Source of the DNA: an uncultured Candidatus Saccharibacteria bacterium
Lineage (GTDB): Bacteria > Patescibacteriota > Minisyncoccia > Phycocordibacterales > CAIRYW01
Direction: 5' to 3'
Length of the DNA stretch: 64,000 nt
Assembly: GCA_964446625.1 (NCBI GenBank)
Contig: CAYUPH010000004.1
Span: 7,838-71,837, forward strand
A model generated the notes under the pieces. The model did not search any database and was not told the DNA's origin. It saw nothing but the letters and a program-made list of their open reading frames with translations. A program made the translations under genes and the position numbers. Shown here one piece after another: positions 29,350 to 39,049 of the stretch (its first letter is position 1; each line of letters starts with the position of its first letter).

Positions 29350-30318
29350 TCATAACGTTGCGTCTGAATATCTTCCCTTATGCATATACTCATTCAAATC
29401 TAAAAGCTTAACGTTTTTACCGTGAACATTTAGAAAAATATTACCTTTTTGGTCAGTATGGCTATTACTTACAATAACTTTAGACTCTTCTTGTTCATCA
29501 ATGATTTGAGTAACAACAGCTCCTCCTATTCCCCCTTTCAAGTCATTACTAAATATCTTCCACCAAATATCTCCTATTAACTTTCCTTGGTCTTTATATC
29601 CATGTGTTTGGACATCGAATTCAAGAAGAGAAATAAGATCTTCAGAAATATCGTTCTTTGTTAATGTGTAGCACCCTGCTGAAACATATTGGCCCCATTC
29701 TGCCACTTTTACTGTTATTCCTTTTTTTGTGTCTACTCTTAATAAAAAAATATGTGAGTCCGCAACATTTAAAGTGTTTCTGCTATTTTCTATACACTCT
29801 TGTATTGGCCTAGGTATAGATAAGTTTTCACAAAAAGACTTTTTTTCTGGATTCTCTAATTCAACTTTTTTTATTAAAATCTGAACATATCTATCCAACG
29901 TGAGTTTTAATTTTGTTAAATTAATTATCTTTTTCTTTCTATTATTAGTCATACCTCCGAATATGAAATCCCCCACTCTATGAGTGTTTTTTGGATCTAA
30001 AAACCACTCATTGACAACATCTTTTGAAAAAAGCTCAATTTGATCTCTTAAAATTAGAATATCTGAACTAAGGATATTTGACTTAATGGCATACTTAACT
30101 TTTTGTGTAAAAAAATTCGCAAAATCAACTCTTCCTGCAACCGCAACAGCAATGGAATTTCCATCAGGCGCCAATCCTCGTTGCCCTATACCAGGACCAT
30201 GAATATTAACAATCTTTTTTACATCATCTCTGAACGTATTGGTAGAGGAAAAAGTAACTCTTGTATCAGAGATAAGGTAAAGTCTATTACTTAAGTTTAA
30301 TCCTGCAATAAGTGTCAC
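29350..30318 (-). CDS. Ntn-hydrolase / proteasome-beta (HslV-like) fold protein
   Basis: After Met removal: Thr1, Asp17, Arg19, Lys33/34 (TLIAG...ISDTRV...VKKI), VAVAG, C-terminal GIGG; very AT-rich. Confidence 0.6.
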   Translation of the reverse strand: MTLIAGLNLSNRLYLISDTRVTFSSTNTFRDDVKKIVNIHGPGIGQRGLAPDGNSIAVAVAGRVDFANFFTQKVKYAIKSNILSSDILILRDQIELFSKDVVNEWFLDPKNTHRVGDFIFGGMTNNRKKKIINLTKLKLTLDRYVQILIKKVELENPEKKSFCENLSIPRPIQECIENSRNTLNVADSHIFLLRVDTKKGITVKVAEWGQYVSAGCYTLTKNDISEDLISLLEFDVQTHGYKDQGKLIGDIWWKIFSNDLKGGIGGAVVTQIIDEQEESKVIVSNSHTDQKGNIFLNVHGKNVKLLDLNEYMHKGRYSDATL

Positions 30319-30503
30319 TTCAGTTAAATTTAATTTTTATTATCTAATTACGTAATATAATATAACCAAAAACAATTCTAGGTACAAGGATTTTAATACT
30401 TAACTCGAAGATTACCCCTACATTATATTAAGTACATAGAAAAATAAATTTTGATTTTTTTTATTAAAAAAGGTATCTTTAAAGACACAATTAAATATAG
30501 TAT

Positions 30504-30574
30504 TGCGGGTTCGTCTAATGGTAGGACACAGCACTCTGGATGCTGGTATTGGGGTTCGAGTCCCTGACCCGCAG
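30504..30574 (+). tRNA. tRNA-Gln (CTG)
   Basis: TGCGGGT...CAGCA-CTCTGGA-TGCTG...GGTTCGAGTCC...ACCCGCA-G cloverleaf. Confidence 0.93.
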
Positions 30575-30646
30575 CAAACACAACTTATTGAACAAATCTA
30601 GCTTTTATTGCCTAGACTGTTTTAATGTGGTACTCTTTCGCGAGTT

Positions 30647-30796
30647 ATGAAAAACCCTCCAAAATCTCGTAAAAAGCCTGCGCGTAAAAAAGCGAGGGTC
30701 GGGAGAAAAAAAAGAAGTCGTTTGAAACTTCTTCCAGGCCACTCTTCTGATGAAGAGGAAAACGGCGACCCAGGAAAGGGAGAAGAAAACGAATAA
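30647..30796 (+). CDS. 49-aa microprotein, basic N-half and acidic C-half
   Basis: MKNPPKSRKKPARKKARVGRKKRSRLKLLPGHSSDEEENGDPGKGEENE*; TGgTACTCT upstream and terminator directly after the stop. Confidence 0.5.
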   Translation: MKNPPKSRKKPARKKARVGRKKRSRLKLLPGHSSDEEENGDPGKGEENE

Positions 30797-30826
30797 GCCG
30801 GTTGCGTAGCAACCGGCATTTTTTAT
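30797..30826. terminator. Intrinsic terminator
   Basis: GCCGGTTGC-gta-GCAACCGGC-ATTTTTT between the microprotein and convergent pyrG. Confidence 0.75.
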
Positions 30827-30828
30827 TC

Positions 30829-32469
30829 TTACTTTTTCTTTTTGAGACTCGCTTTTATAAAAGCGCTAAATAGTTTATGTGGTGCAAAAGGTCGTGCAAG
30901 AAATTCTGGGTGAAACTGAGTTCCAAGGAAAAACGGATGTTTGCTTTCAGGAAGCTCAGCAATTTCCATGAGTCTTCCGTCTGGGGATGTTCCCGAAAAG
31001 ACGAGTCCAGCTTTTTCAATTTGCTCTACATACTCTGGGTTTACTTCATAACGATGTCGATGTCTCTCTGAAACCTCCCCCACTCCATACGCTTTTTCTG
31101 CAATCGTTCCTTTCTTTAGAACTGCTGTGTAAGCACCGAGCCTCATAGAGTTTCCGTAGTCCCCTTTTGCAATTTTTTCTTTTTGGTCCGGCATAATATC
31201 AATCACAACCTTTGACGCTTTTGGATTAATCTCCGCTGTGTTAGCATCTTTCCAGCCAAGAACATTCCGAGCGTATTCAATTACAAGGAGTTGCATACCA
31301 TAGCAAAGTCCGAAGTAAGGAATTTTCTTTGTACGAGCAAACTCAATTGTTTTTATGAGTCCCTCGATTCCTGTTTCTCCAAAACCTCCCGGCACTACAA
31401 TTCCGTCATACCGACTGAGCACAGAAATCTTTTTTGGATCTTTTTCAAAATCTTTTGAGTTAAGAAAAGAGAGGTTTAGTTTTGCACCGTTTTCATACGC
31501 AGAAAACTTGAGCGCTTCAATAACTGAGATGTATACATCCGAGAGAACAAAATCTCCTGAATCAAAATACTTTCCTACAACAGCAATCTCAAGAGGTTTT
31601 TTTGCCTTTTGCTTTTTAGAGAGGAAGTTATTCCACTCGCTCATGTCTGTCTTTCTCTTTGGAAGTCCAAGAGTCTCTGTAAGAATGTCTCCGAGGTTAT
31701 CCTTCTCAAAATTTGCTGGCACCTCGTAAATACTTCCCGCATCCGGTGCAGAAATAATATGTGTGTCAGGGAGGTTACAAAAGACAGAGATTTTCTGCTT
31801 TCGTTTCTTGTCGAGTGGTGCACTACTTCGCGCAACGATAATATCTGCTTGAATACCCGTTGCATTAAGTGTACGCGACGCATACTGAGTTGGCTTTGTT
31901 TTCATTTCTCCAATGTTTGAAGGAGTTGGAAGGTAAGAGACCATTACAAAAGCAACATCTTTTGGTTTTTCTGTTTTAAGTATTCGAGCAGCCTCAAGGA
32001 AAATAATGTTCTGGTACTCGCCAACTGTTCCGCCAATTTCTATGAGAGTTACGTCTGCATCCTGTTTCTCTGACGCTTCTTTTATGCGTCTCAAAATTTC
32101 AAACGGAATGTCTGGCACCACTTCAACACACCTCCCTTTATACTCAAGGTTTCTTTCTCGACGAATTACCTCTTGGTACACTCGCCCAGTTGTCATGTAG
32201 TTTGTGCGAGTGAGGTTTTTCCCGAGAAACCTCTCGTAGTTTCCCATGTCCTGATCACACTCGTCCCCATCGTCCAAAACAAAAACCTCACCATGCTCCG
32301 TTGGGTTCATGGTGCCGGCGTCGACGTTAATATATGGGTCAGCTTTGAGCGCAGTGACTGAAAAACCTTTTGCTTTAAGTATTGCTGCTATTGAAGATGA
32401 TGTGACACCTTTCCCCACTCCTGACATCACACCTCCTACAACAAATATGTATTTCCGGTTTTTCTTCAT
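30829..32469 (-). CDS. pyrG: CTP synthase
   Basis: GGVMSGVGKG, DPYINVDAGTMNPTEHGE, GLCYGMQ, TQFHPEF. Confidence 0.97.
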   Translation of the reverse strand: MKKNRKYIFVVGGVMSGVGKGVTSSSIAAILKAKGFSVTALKADPYINVDAGTMNPTEHGEVFVLDDGDECDQDMGNYERFLGKNLTRTNYMTTGRVYQEVIRRERNLEYKGRCVEVVPDIPFEILRRIKEASEKQDADVTLIEIGGTVGEYQNIIFLEAARILKTEKPKDVAFVMVSYLPTPSNIGEMKTKPTQYASRTLNATGIQADIIVARSSAPLDKKRKQKISVFCNLPDTHIISAPDAGSIYEVPANFEKDNLGDILTETLGLPKRKTDMSEWNNFLSKKQKAKKPLEIAVVGKYFDSGDFVLSDVYISVIEALKFSAYENGAKLNLSFLNSKDFEKDPKKISVLSRYDGIVVPGGFGETGIEGLIKTIEFARTKKIPYFGLCYGMQLLVIEYARNVLGWKDANTAEINPKASKVVIDIMPDQKEKIAKGDYGNSMRLGAYTAVLKKGTIAEKAYGVGEVSERHRHRYEVNPEYVEQIEKAGLVFSGTSPDGRLMEIAELPESKHPFFLGTQFHPEFLARPFAPHKLFSAFIKASLKKKK

Positions 32470-32552
32470 TAGTTCCAATTTTAAACCAACCTATTAATAC
32501 TTGTAAACACACACCCAGGTAGCACCACAAAAAAAGAGGTGCCGCTAGGGTT

Positions 32553-33473
32553 TTAGACTTTTAGATATTTTTTGACTGCCAAATAGCTAGAGAGAGCACC
32601 GATGAAAACTCCTGCAAGGAGAATAGACCCAAAGACTGAAAAGAAGTTTGAAAGGTAGTATGAAGCCACATTTACTCCTGTTCCGAGCCTTTCAGTATAA
32701 GGACCAGCCCAGTATGTAAGCGGTATAAGGAGAAAGAGTGCAATAAAAGATGAAATGACTCCGTACATAATTCCTCCCACAACAAACGGTCCTTTTATGT
32801 ATCTGTTTGAAGCACCAACGAGCTTCATAACAGCAATCTCGTCTCTTGCCATGTAAATGGTAAGACGGATTGTATTGAATGTAATCAAGATAGAAATGAG
32901 CGCAAAGAAAACAGCAATTGCGATTCCTAGGCGTCTTGACGCGTCGATCATACGAGAAAGTGAATCAATCGCAGTTTTGTTCCGTGAGTAGTTTACTTTG
33001 TCGATAATACTTGATGCACTTTGGCTTTTCTGCTTTTCGAGGAAGTCTGCAATACTCTCATACTGTGATGGGTCTTTTGCAATGATATTAAGTGTTGCTC
33101 CAAAAGGATTTTCCCCTACTTCATCCAGTGCTTGAAGTGTCAGCTCGTCGTCTTGGTGACGCAGTTTGAATTTCTCTAACTCTTCGTCTGCAGATGAATA
33201 AATTGAAGACGATACTTCTGGAATTGAATCAACTCTCTGTTTTAGCGCAGTAATCTCGTCTTCGCTTGCTGAAGTTACAAAGTAGACGTTTATATCTACT
33301 TTTTCCTGAAGCGTTGAAAGTGTTGAAGAAAGGATTGCTCTAGAGAAAAGAAGAGAAGAGATTACGAGGAGTGCAATCGTCATAATAAGAACAGACGCAA
33401 TAGACACCGACGCATTTCGCCAAAAGTTTACAAATCCTAGTCTCGATACTCTTTTTATATTTGTCCAAAACAT
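32553..33473 (-). CDS. ftsX: Cell division permease FtsX
   Basis: NTIRLTIY..RDEIAVMKLVGASNRYIKGPF; directly downstream of ftsE. Confidence 0.92.
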   Translation of the reverse strand: MFWTNIKRVSRLGFVNFWRNASVSIASVLIMTIALLVISSLLFSRAILSSTLSTLQEKVDINVYFVTSASEDEITALKQRVDSIPEVSSSIYSSADEELEKFKLRHQDDELTLQALDEVGENPFGATLNIIAKDPSQYESIADFLEKQKSQSASSIIDKVNYSRNKTAIDSLSRMIDASRRLGIAIAVFFALISILITFNTIRLTIYMARDEIAVMKLVGASNRYIKGPFVVGGIMYGVISSFIALFLLIPLTYWAGPYTERLGTGVNVASYYLSNFFSVFGSILLAGVFIGALSSYLAVKKYLKV

Positions 33474-33484
33474 TTTTTTATTTT

Positions 33485-34165
33485 TTACATTGAAAATCTA
33501 CCGTCTTTGTCGTCTCGCACAACTTTTCCTCCGTCCATTGTAATCACTCGTTTTTGAAGTGCATCGACGATTCCTTTGTTGTGAGTTGTGAGAACAATTG
33601 TTGTACCAAGGTCGTTAATTTTCTTTAGAATTTGAATAATCTCGTATGTTGAAACAGGATCAAGGTTTCCTGTTGGTTCGTCTGCAATAATCATGTCAGG
33701 CTGGTTTACAATTGCCCGTGCAATCGCTACTCTTTGCTTTTCTCCACCCGAAAGCTCGTGTGGGAAAGAAGAAATCTTTTTTGAAAGACCAACAAGCTCA
33801 AGAACATGGGGCACATCGCTTGCAATCTCTTCTTCGTCTCTTCCACAGGCTTCCATTGCGAAAGCAACATTTTCAAAAACTGTCAGGTGCGGTAGAAGAC
33901 GAAAATCCTGGAAAATAGTTCCGATTCTCCTTCGGTAATCTGTCAGCTGGTCCTTTTTTAACTTGTGCACATTTACAGACTCAAAAAAGACACCTCCTCC
34001 AGTCGGATTCTCTTCTCCCAGAATCATCTTGAGAAGAGTTGTTTTCCCTGCCCCCGAGTGACCCACAATAGACACAAACTCTTTTGGGTTTATTGTAAGT
34101 GACACTTCTGCAAGTGCGAGAGAGTTATTTGGATATACTTTTGTAACTTTATCGAAGTAAATCAT
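33485..34165 (-). CDS. ftsE: Cell division ATP-binding protein FtsE
   Basis: [40 protein letters not shown]. Confidence 0.93.
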   Translation of the reverse strand: MIYFDKVTKVYPNNSLALAEVSLTINPKEFVSIVGHSGAGKTTLLKMILGEENPTGGGVFFESVNVHKLKKDQLTDYRRRIGTIFQDFRLLPHLTVFENVAFAMEACGRDEEEIASDVPHVLELVGLSKKISSFPHELSGGEKQRVAIARAIVNQPDMIIADEPTGNLDPVSTYEIIQILKKINDLGTTIVLTTHNKGIVDALQKRVITMDGGKVVRDDKDGRFSM

Positions 34166-34293
34166 AGTGAAGTAAAGTAGTTCTCTTTAACTGAAAAGCT
34201 AGAAAGGAATCTAAAACTACCCGTCTATTATACCAAAAAAAATTTAAAAAGCGCAAAGCAATTTTTAGTGAAGTAGAGAAGCGTTTTATGGTA

Positions 34294-35172
34294 TTAAAGA
34301 GTTTTTTCTGCCTCAATAAACGCATCAAGGTCTCCTTCTTCTAGAACTTTGTCCACATTACTTGTTTCGACATCGGTACGGTGGTCCTTCACCATCTTGT
34401 ATGGGTGAAGCACATACGAGCGAATCTGGCTTCCCCACTCGTTTTCCGTAGTCTTTGAAACTTGGTGTCCGCTCTCTCTAAGAATCCTCTCATCTTCGTG
34501 TCTCTTGTAAATTTTTGACTTCAGAAGCTCGAGAGCTTTTTCTTTGTTTTGAGCCTGGCTTCTTTCGCTTGCAACGTGCACAGAAAGTTTTGTAGGTAGG
34601 TGTGTTGCACGCACTGCAGTTTCTCGTTTGTTTACATTTTGTCCTCCTGGTCCTCCTGCTTTTGCGAATTCTACCTTGATTTCTGTTTCTGGAATTTCTA
34701 CATTCATTGATTTATCAAAACTCGGCACCACTTCTACCATTGCAAAAGAAGTTTGCCTAAGAGCTTTTGCATTAAACGGTGACTGTCGCACAAGCCGGTG
34801 AACCCCGCTTTCGTTTCGTAAGTTTGAATACACTCCACGCCCTACAATCTCGAAAGTAATGTTCCGATACCCGCCAAGATTATTTTCATTTTCGTCGAGC
34901 ACAAAAAGCGAGTACCCCTTTGCTTCTGCATAGTTTTTATACATTTCAAAAAGCATGCGTGCCCAATCTTCTGCGTCATCTCCTCCTGCTCCTGCGTATA
35001 TTGTAATCACCGCGTCCCCTGCTCCGTAGACACTTCCTGTTTCAAGAGCAGTTTTTAGATCTTGAAGCTCTTTTATAAGTGCTTGTGCCTTTTTTGGATC
35101 AGTCCAAAAATCCGCAGAGGCCATCGCCTCTTCTATCTCTTTTATTCTTTTTTCTTTTGCGTCTTTTTCCAC
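34294..35172 (-). CDS. prfB: Peptide chain release factor 2 (short form, no frameshift leader)
   Basis: SPF anticodon-mimic tripeptide (RQSPFNA), GGQ motif, WGSQIRSYVLHPY. Confidence 0.92.
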   Translation of the reverse strand: MEKDAKEKRIKEIEEAMASADFWTDPKKAQALIKELQDLKTALETGSVYGAGDAVITIYAGAGGDDAEDWARMLFEMYKNYAEAKGYSLFVLDENENNLGGYRNITFEIVGRGVYSNLRNESGVHRLVRQSPFNAKALRQTSFAMVEVVPSFDKSMNVEIPETEIKVEFAKAGGPGGQNVNKRETAVRATHLPTKLSVHVASERSQAQNKEKALELLKSKIYKRHEDERILRESGHQVSKTTENEWGSQIRSYVLHPYKMVKDHRTDVETSNVDKVLEEGDLDAFIEAEKTL

Positions 35173-35176
35173 AGGG

Positions 35177-35249
35177 AGCCAATGACCGGGATTGAACCGG
35201 TGACCTCGCCCTTACCATGGGCGTGCTCTACCAACTGAGCTACATTGGC
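35177..35249 (-). tRNA. tRNA-Thr (GGT)
   Basis: Reverse complement GCCAATGTAGCTCAGTTGGTAGAGCA-CGCCC-ATGGTAA-GGGCG...GGTTCAATCCCGGTCATTGGCT. Confidence 0.95.
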
Positions 35250-35285
35250 TTTCTGTATATACTAATTCAAAAACGGAGTTTTACA

Positions 35286-35314
35286 AAAAAAGCCACCTTC
35301 CCGAGGGAGGTGGC
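35286..35314 (-). terminator. Intrinsic terminator
   Basis: AAAAAAGCCACCTTCC-cga-GGGAGGTGGC (U-tract on minus strand). Confidence 0.7.
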
Positions 35315-35330
35315 ACAAGATTATTCGCAT

Positions 35331-35501
35331 TCAACAATTACCAGGAGCCTTTCGTCCCCGAACAAAATTCAGGTTGCGTCCCAACCGGTCTGTTTTCTTT
35401 CCGTTGCAATAGGAGACTATATCGGGCGATTCGTTTTTCTTTTTTCTTTTCCGTTCGGCTCTGGCACGACTTATATCACCCTTTGAGTTTGGTCTTGACA
35501 T
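35331..35501 (-). CDS. Possible 56-aa basic microprotein
   Basis: MSRPNSKGDISRARAERKRKKKNESPDIVSYCNGKKTDRLGRNLNFVRGRKAPGNC*; fills the gap between two hairpins. Confidence 0.3.
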   Translation of the reverse strand: MSRPNSKGDISRARAERKRKKKNESPDIVSYCNGKKTDRLGRNLNFVRGRKAPGNC

Positions 35502-35568
35502 AGAAAGAGCGGTCTTGATTGACCGCTCTTTAGCTTAATCGCGCCCTGCAAAAAAATCAAGGGAAAAC

Positions 35569-36006
35569 CTATACCCCAAAAGTAATCTGGTCGTCAGCTT
35601 CGAGGTAGTCAAAAAGCGTTGTCTTTTCTGGGTCCAAGTTTAGTCGAGTACACTCTCCAAAAAACCAATCTTTCTTTTCGGGATTTGTACTGTAAGAGAA
35701 GTCAGTCTTAAAAGAGTTTGACCACGCTTCTACTTCTTCATCTGTTTTTGGGGTGCCGTTTTCCTTTACCCACTTTACTATGTCATCATCACTCGCACCT
35801 CCGGCAACAAAATCCTTGAAGGCTCCAGAATCAATACCTTTAAAATCAAAAAACATTCGGTCTACAGGACAGTTAAAATGATATTCACCAATAGTCCCCG
35901 CCACCTCTGCTCGGCACTTATCGATTGTTCTTCCTAAAATTGCAAAACCTCCTACTTTTTCGTAAGGGCTTCTTGGCGCTTCTTTTGTCAAATCTTTTGC
36001 GTTCAT
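35569..36006 (-). CDS. DUF5069 family protein
   Basis: DLTKEAPRSP...GRTIDKCRA...GEYHFNCPVD. Confidence 0.82.
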   Translation of the reverse strand: MNAKDLTKEAPRSPYEKVGGFAILGRTIDKCRAEVAGTIGEYHFNCPVDRMFFDFKGIDSGAFKDFVAGGASDDDIVKWVKENGTPKTDEEVEAWSNSFKTDFSYSTNPEKKDWFFGECTRLNLDPEKTTLFDYLEADDQITFGV

Positions 36007-36030
36007 GTTGTTTTTAATTAAACTATTAAA

Positions 36031-36435
36031 TTATTTTAAAATTGTTTTAAAAACTGTTTCGATATTGTTTTTATACTCTTTGATAAATAAATCACTTTCT
36101 TCTCTTTCTTCGTAGTGCCTGTATACAATTGTACAATCCGAAAGCGAACTAAGAAACTCATCGCAAAAAACATTGTCACTTCCTGCGAGGCCACACGAGA
36201 TTCTCTCTCCATTTTCTCCCACATAGACTGGCCACTCGTCTTCGGGTGAAGAAACATACTGCGAGATAACCCCTTTTGAAGAATCGCAAACAGCTATCTC
36301 ACCTGTAAGTACATAATCATTTGTTCCAATCCACACAAACCAACTGGCAATAACTATGACCACGCCCACAAAATAAAAGTAGGCTTTTGGCTGCGATTTC
36401 GACTTCTTTTTAAGAACTTTTTTGATTTTATTCAT
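36031..36435 (-). CDS. Membrane-anchored hypothetical protein (4 Cys)
   Basis: Single TM near the N-terminus; overlaps the stop of the upstream methyltransferase. Confidence 0.7.
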   Translation of the reverse strand: MNKIKKVLKKKSKSQPKAYFYFVGVVIVIASWFVWIGTNDYVLTGEIAVCDSSKGVISQYVSSPEDEWPVYVGENGERISCGLAGSDNVFCDEFLSSLSDCTIVYRHYEEREESDLFIKEYKNNIETVFKTILK

Positions 36436-37120
36436 CTCGTTTTCGCTCCATGTAGACAGAGACAGTTCGCCTCTTGTGAGGTTTTCCGTCCTTTACATGC
36501 TTATATGATTTTATCATTTTATGAATCTTGAAGTAAGGAGTAAAAAGTTCATAAATTTCACTGTCATCAAACACATGCTCTGCTACTTTGATTTTAGGGT
36601 GTATATAGGTGTTTGCTTCACCAGAAGGAAAATCGCGAAGAAGTCTTTTTGCATGTGCGTCACCGTCGAGCGAAAATGTTTTAAAAAAGAGCCACCCAAA
36701 CGGCTTCACCACTCGTGCGAGCTCTTTTACAAAATCTCCTCTTTCTTTTTCGCCAAGGAAATGCGAAGACATCATATCGAGGGCCACATCAACACTTTCA
36801 TCTGGAAGTGGAATATTTTTACCCAGTTCTCCTACTTCAAATGTAATTGGAAGCCCTTTCTTTTCAGCATTCGCCGCTCTGATTGCCTCTGCTGAAATAT
36901 CAAATCCATACCCTTTCATGTTTCCCTCTTTGCAAAGCGCAATGATATTGCGACCATTTCCGCATCCACAGTCAAGAACCATTCCTCCTTCCGGAAAAGG
37001 TGGCCATTCGGAATTTCGCAGCGCCCATTTTACAAAAGTCTCCATGTCCGAAGAGGGCTCAGTTGAAAGAATGAGGTGCGTTGCGTTTTTGTATTCTTTT
37101 TCCCAAAAAGATTTTGTCAT
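36428..37120 (-). CDS. Class I SAM-dependent methyltransferase
   Basis: LDCGCGNGRN, GFDIS, RVVKPFG. Confidence 0.88.
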   Translation of the reverse strand: MTKSFWEKEYKNATHLILSTEPSSDMETFVKWALRNSEWPPFPEGGMVLDCGCGNGRNIIALCKEGNMKGYGFDISAEAIRAANAEKKGLPITFEVGELGKNIPLPDESVDVALDMMSSHFLGEKERGDFVKELARVVKPFGWLFFKTFSLDGDAHAKRLLRDFPSGEANTYIHPKIKVAEHVFDDSEIYELFTPYFKIHKMIKSYKHVKDGKPHKRRTVSVYMERKRDE

Positions 37121-37362
37121 TTTAAATTTCAATATTTTCCTCTGGAAGTCCCTTCTGCAGAAGGGCTGCGCTGTCGTACAAAGCGTCTATTTTTGCCGCC
37201 TCCTTTACCAAATGCACAGTAAAAAAGAAGAGGTAAATTGAAAACAGTAGACCAAAGAAAAGAAGCTGTTTTGTGTTAGTCACAACGCCATTTTAGCATA
37301 GTTTTGGCGGAGTTGGGGTTTGAATACAAAAAGGTACTAGGTGCTAATCAAGTGAGAACTAC

Positions 37363-37737
37363 TTATTGATTCCTATTCTTTTGAATAATATCAAATATTT
37401 CCAAATCTATAATTTTCAATTTTTGTCCCGGAAAAATCCAAAACCCTTTACATAACAAAACAGTAAATTCGTTTACTTTTTTTACATCTGCAAGTAGTAA
37501 AGATGAAGGTGTTTTTAAAGATTTAAGATCTGACTCTTTATAGAAAATTGAAAATGGTAAATTAGCAACAGCTGGCATATATCTATTTATGACTACCACC
37601 CTCTTATTTGTTACCACCACATCTTGACCAGAAAGTTTTTTATAACTGAGAAACGCGGTCTTTGTTACGACAACATCTTCGATTCTTTTTAGCTCAACTT
37701 CTCCAGGCAGAAGCTCAAAACTCAATATATTAGACAT
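37363..37737 (-). CDS. Hypothetical protein (PH-like), AT-rich
   Basis: LLPGEVEL...VVVTNKRVVV resembles bacterial PH domains. Confidence 0.65.
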   Translation of the reverse strand: MSNILSFELLPGEVELKRIEDVVVTKTAFLSYKKLSGQDVVVTNKRVVVINRYMPAVANLPFSIFYKESDLKSLKTPSSLLLADVKKVNEFTVLLCKGFWIFPGQKLKIIDLEIFDIIQKNRNQ

Positions 37738-37774
37738 AAATAAATACTACCGCAGTTTGCTCTTTTGTTCAATT

Positions 37775-37840
37775 ATGCGAATGAAGAGAATCTTTCCGAG
37801 GGCTCAAAACTTTTTCGTCAAAAAGTTTTAGCCTCTGCAC
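37775..37840. repeat. Decayed copy of the tRNA-Asp-linked repeat
   Basis: ATGCGAATGAAGAGAATCTTTCC...CTCAAAACTTTTTCGTCAAAAAGTTTTAGCCTCTGCAC, nearly identical to 38774-38841. Confidence 0.85.
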
Positions 37841-37843
37841 TAG

Positions 37844-38368
37844 TTATATTTCTTTTAAAATATTCTCCAACTGAAATTTAACATCTCTTGACGAATCTAT
37901 AGTATAGTGTGGCTTTTCGATTTTTTCGTATATTTTTTTTATTTTAAGATGAGCATTCCACCCCACACCGTTCCCTTTTCTAAACCTTTCTTGTACACGC
38001 TTTTTTAAAATATCGTCTGGGCAAAATACATAAATAATGAAAAATTTAGCTCCATGCTTTTTTGCGGACTGAATCACTACTTCTCGATGCACTCTCTTTG
38101 AAAAAGCACCATCAATTATGATATTTTGTCCTGAAGCTAATGCTAAATCGGTCAACAATGAAAAAACGTTATAACAAATATTTAATTCTTTAATTGTCGG
38201 AGGTTTATCTTTACCAACAAAAGAAGGGTTTTTCAAAATATTTTTTAACGTTGAATCAACAGAAAAAACTTTTGCACCGATTTTATTACCAAATAAATTG
38301 GCGGTAGTAGTTTTTCCTGCCCCCACCTGTCCACAAAATATAAATAATGATTTTTTAATTTTTGTCAT
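37844..38368 (-). CDS. P-loop kinase (AAA_33-like), AT-rich
   Basis: GQVGAGKTT Walker A, IIIDGAF Walker B. Confidence 0.85.
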   Translation of the reverse strand: MTKIKKSLFIFCGQVGAGKTTTANLFGNKIGAKVFSVDSTLKNILKNPSFVGKDKPPTIKELNICYNVFSLLTDLALASGQNIIIDGAFSKRVHREVVIQSAKKHGAKFFIIYVFCPDDILKKRVQERFRKGNGVGWNAHLKIKKIYEKIEKPHYTIDSSRDVKFQLENILKEI

Positions 38369-38487
38369 ATCATTAATAATTATAGCTTTAATTATTTTAT
38401 TAAACTACATTCTCATAATAAACAGAAGCACTAATCCAAAACACCTTTTCTATATACCTCACTTAATTCTATATGTGTAAAAGAACA

Positions 38488-39049
38488 TTTCCCGCGACTC
38501 AAAACTTTTTCGTCAAAAAGTTTTAGCCTCCGCACCGCCTCACTTCCGAGCTTTGCTAAGCTCTAACTTTACATTAAAAGTGAAGGGGCTTGGTCACTCT
38601 CGCGGATATTTTTTTCGTCCTGTGGACTCAAAAATATCTCGCTCCCTCGACCCCCATTCGTCGTCTCTGATTTTTCGTTCCTCAAAATCAGGCTTCGCGA
38701 CGACTCAGTTCAAGTCCCTCATCGCGGTAAAACAAAAGTCACCGACTCCTTTCGGAGCCGGTTCCTTTGTTTTATGCGCGAGTGAAGGGAATCTTTCCCG
38801 CGACTCAAAACTTTTTCGTCAAAAAGTTTTAGCCTCTGCACAGCCTCACTTCCGAGCTTTGCTAAGCTCTAACTTTGGCATCAAAAGTGAAGGGGCTTGA
38901 TCCTTACAGGATCAGTACACCTTTTGGTGATTTTGTTTCGTTCCTCACAAAATCAGCTCAAAAGGTTTTCAAGTCCCTTACGCAAGTGCCCCGCACTTGC
39001 TCACTCGCACAAAATAAAAAGCCGCCAAATTTGGCGGCTTTTTATTTTG
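38488..39049. repeat. Two tandem ~290-bp modular hairpin units built from direct and inverted tRNA-Asp 3' ends
   Basis: About 105-bp near-identical block at 38488-38592 and 38794-38899; GTGAAGGG(G/A)CTTGA and TTCAAGTCCCT tRNA-derived segments; many bulged hairpins. Confidence 0.9.

Noticed and set aside
37131-37147. AATATTTTCCTCTGGAA near-match to 47934-47950
   Set aside because: Single short AT-rich match without the surrounding structure; may be chance.
37186-37283. Possible 31-aa hydrophobic peptide on the minus strand
   Set aside because: Very short, GTG start, no independent support.
38488-39049. CRISPR array interpretation of the repeats
   Set aside because: Repeats are about 100 bp, only 2-3 copies, without regular unique spacers, and no cas genes are present.
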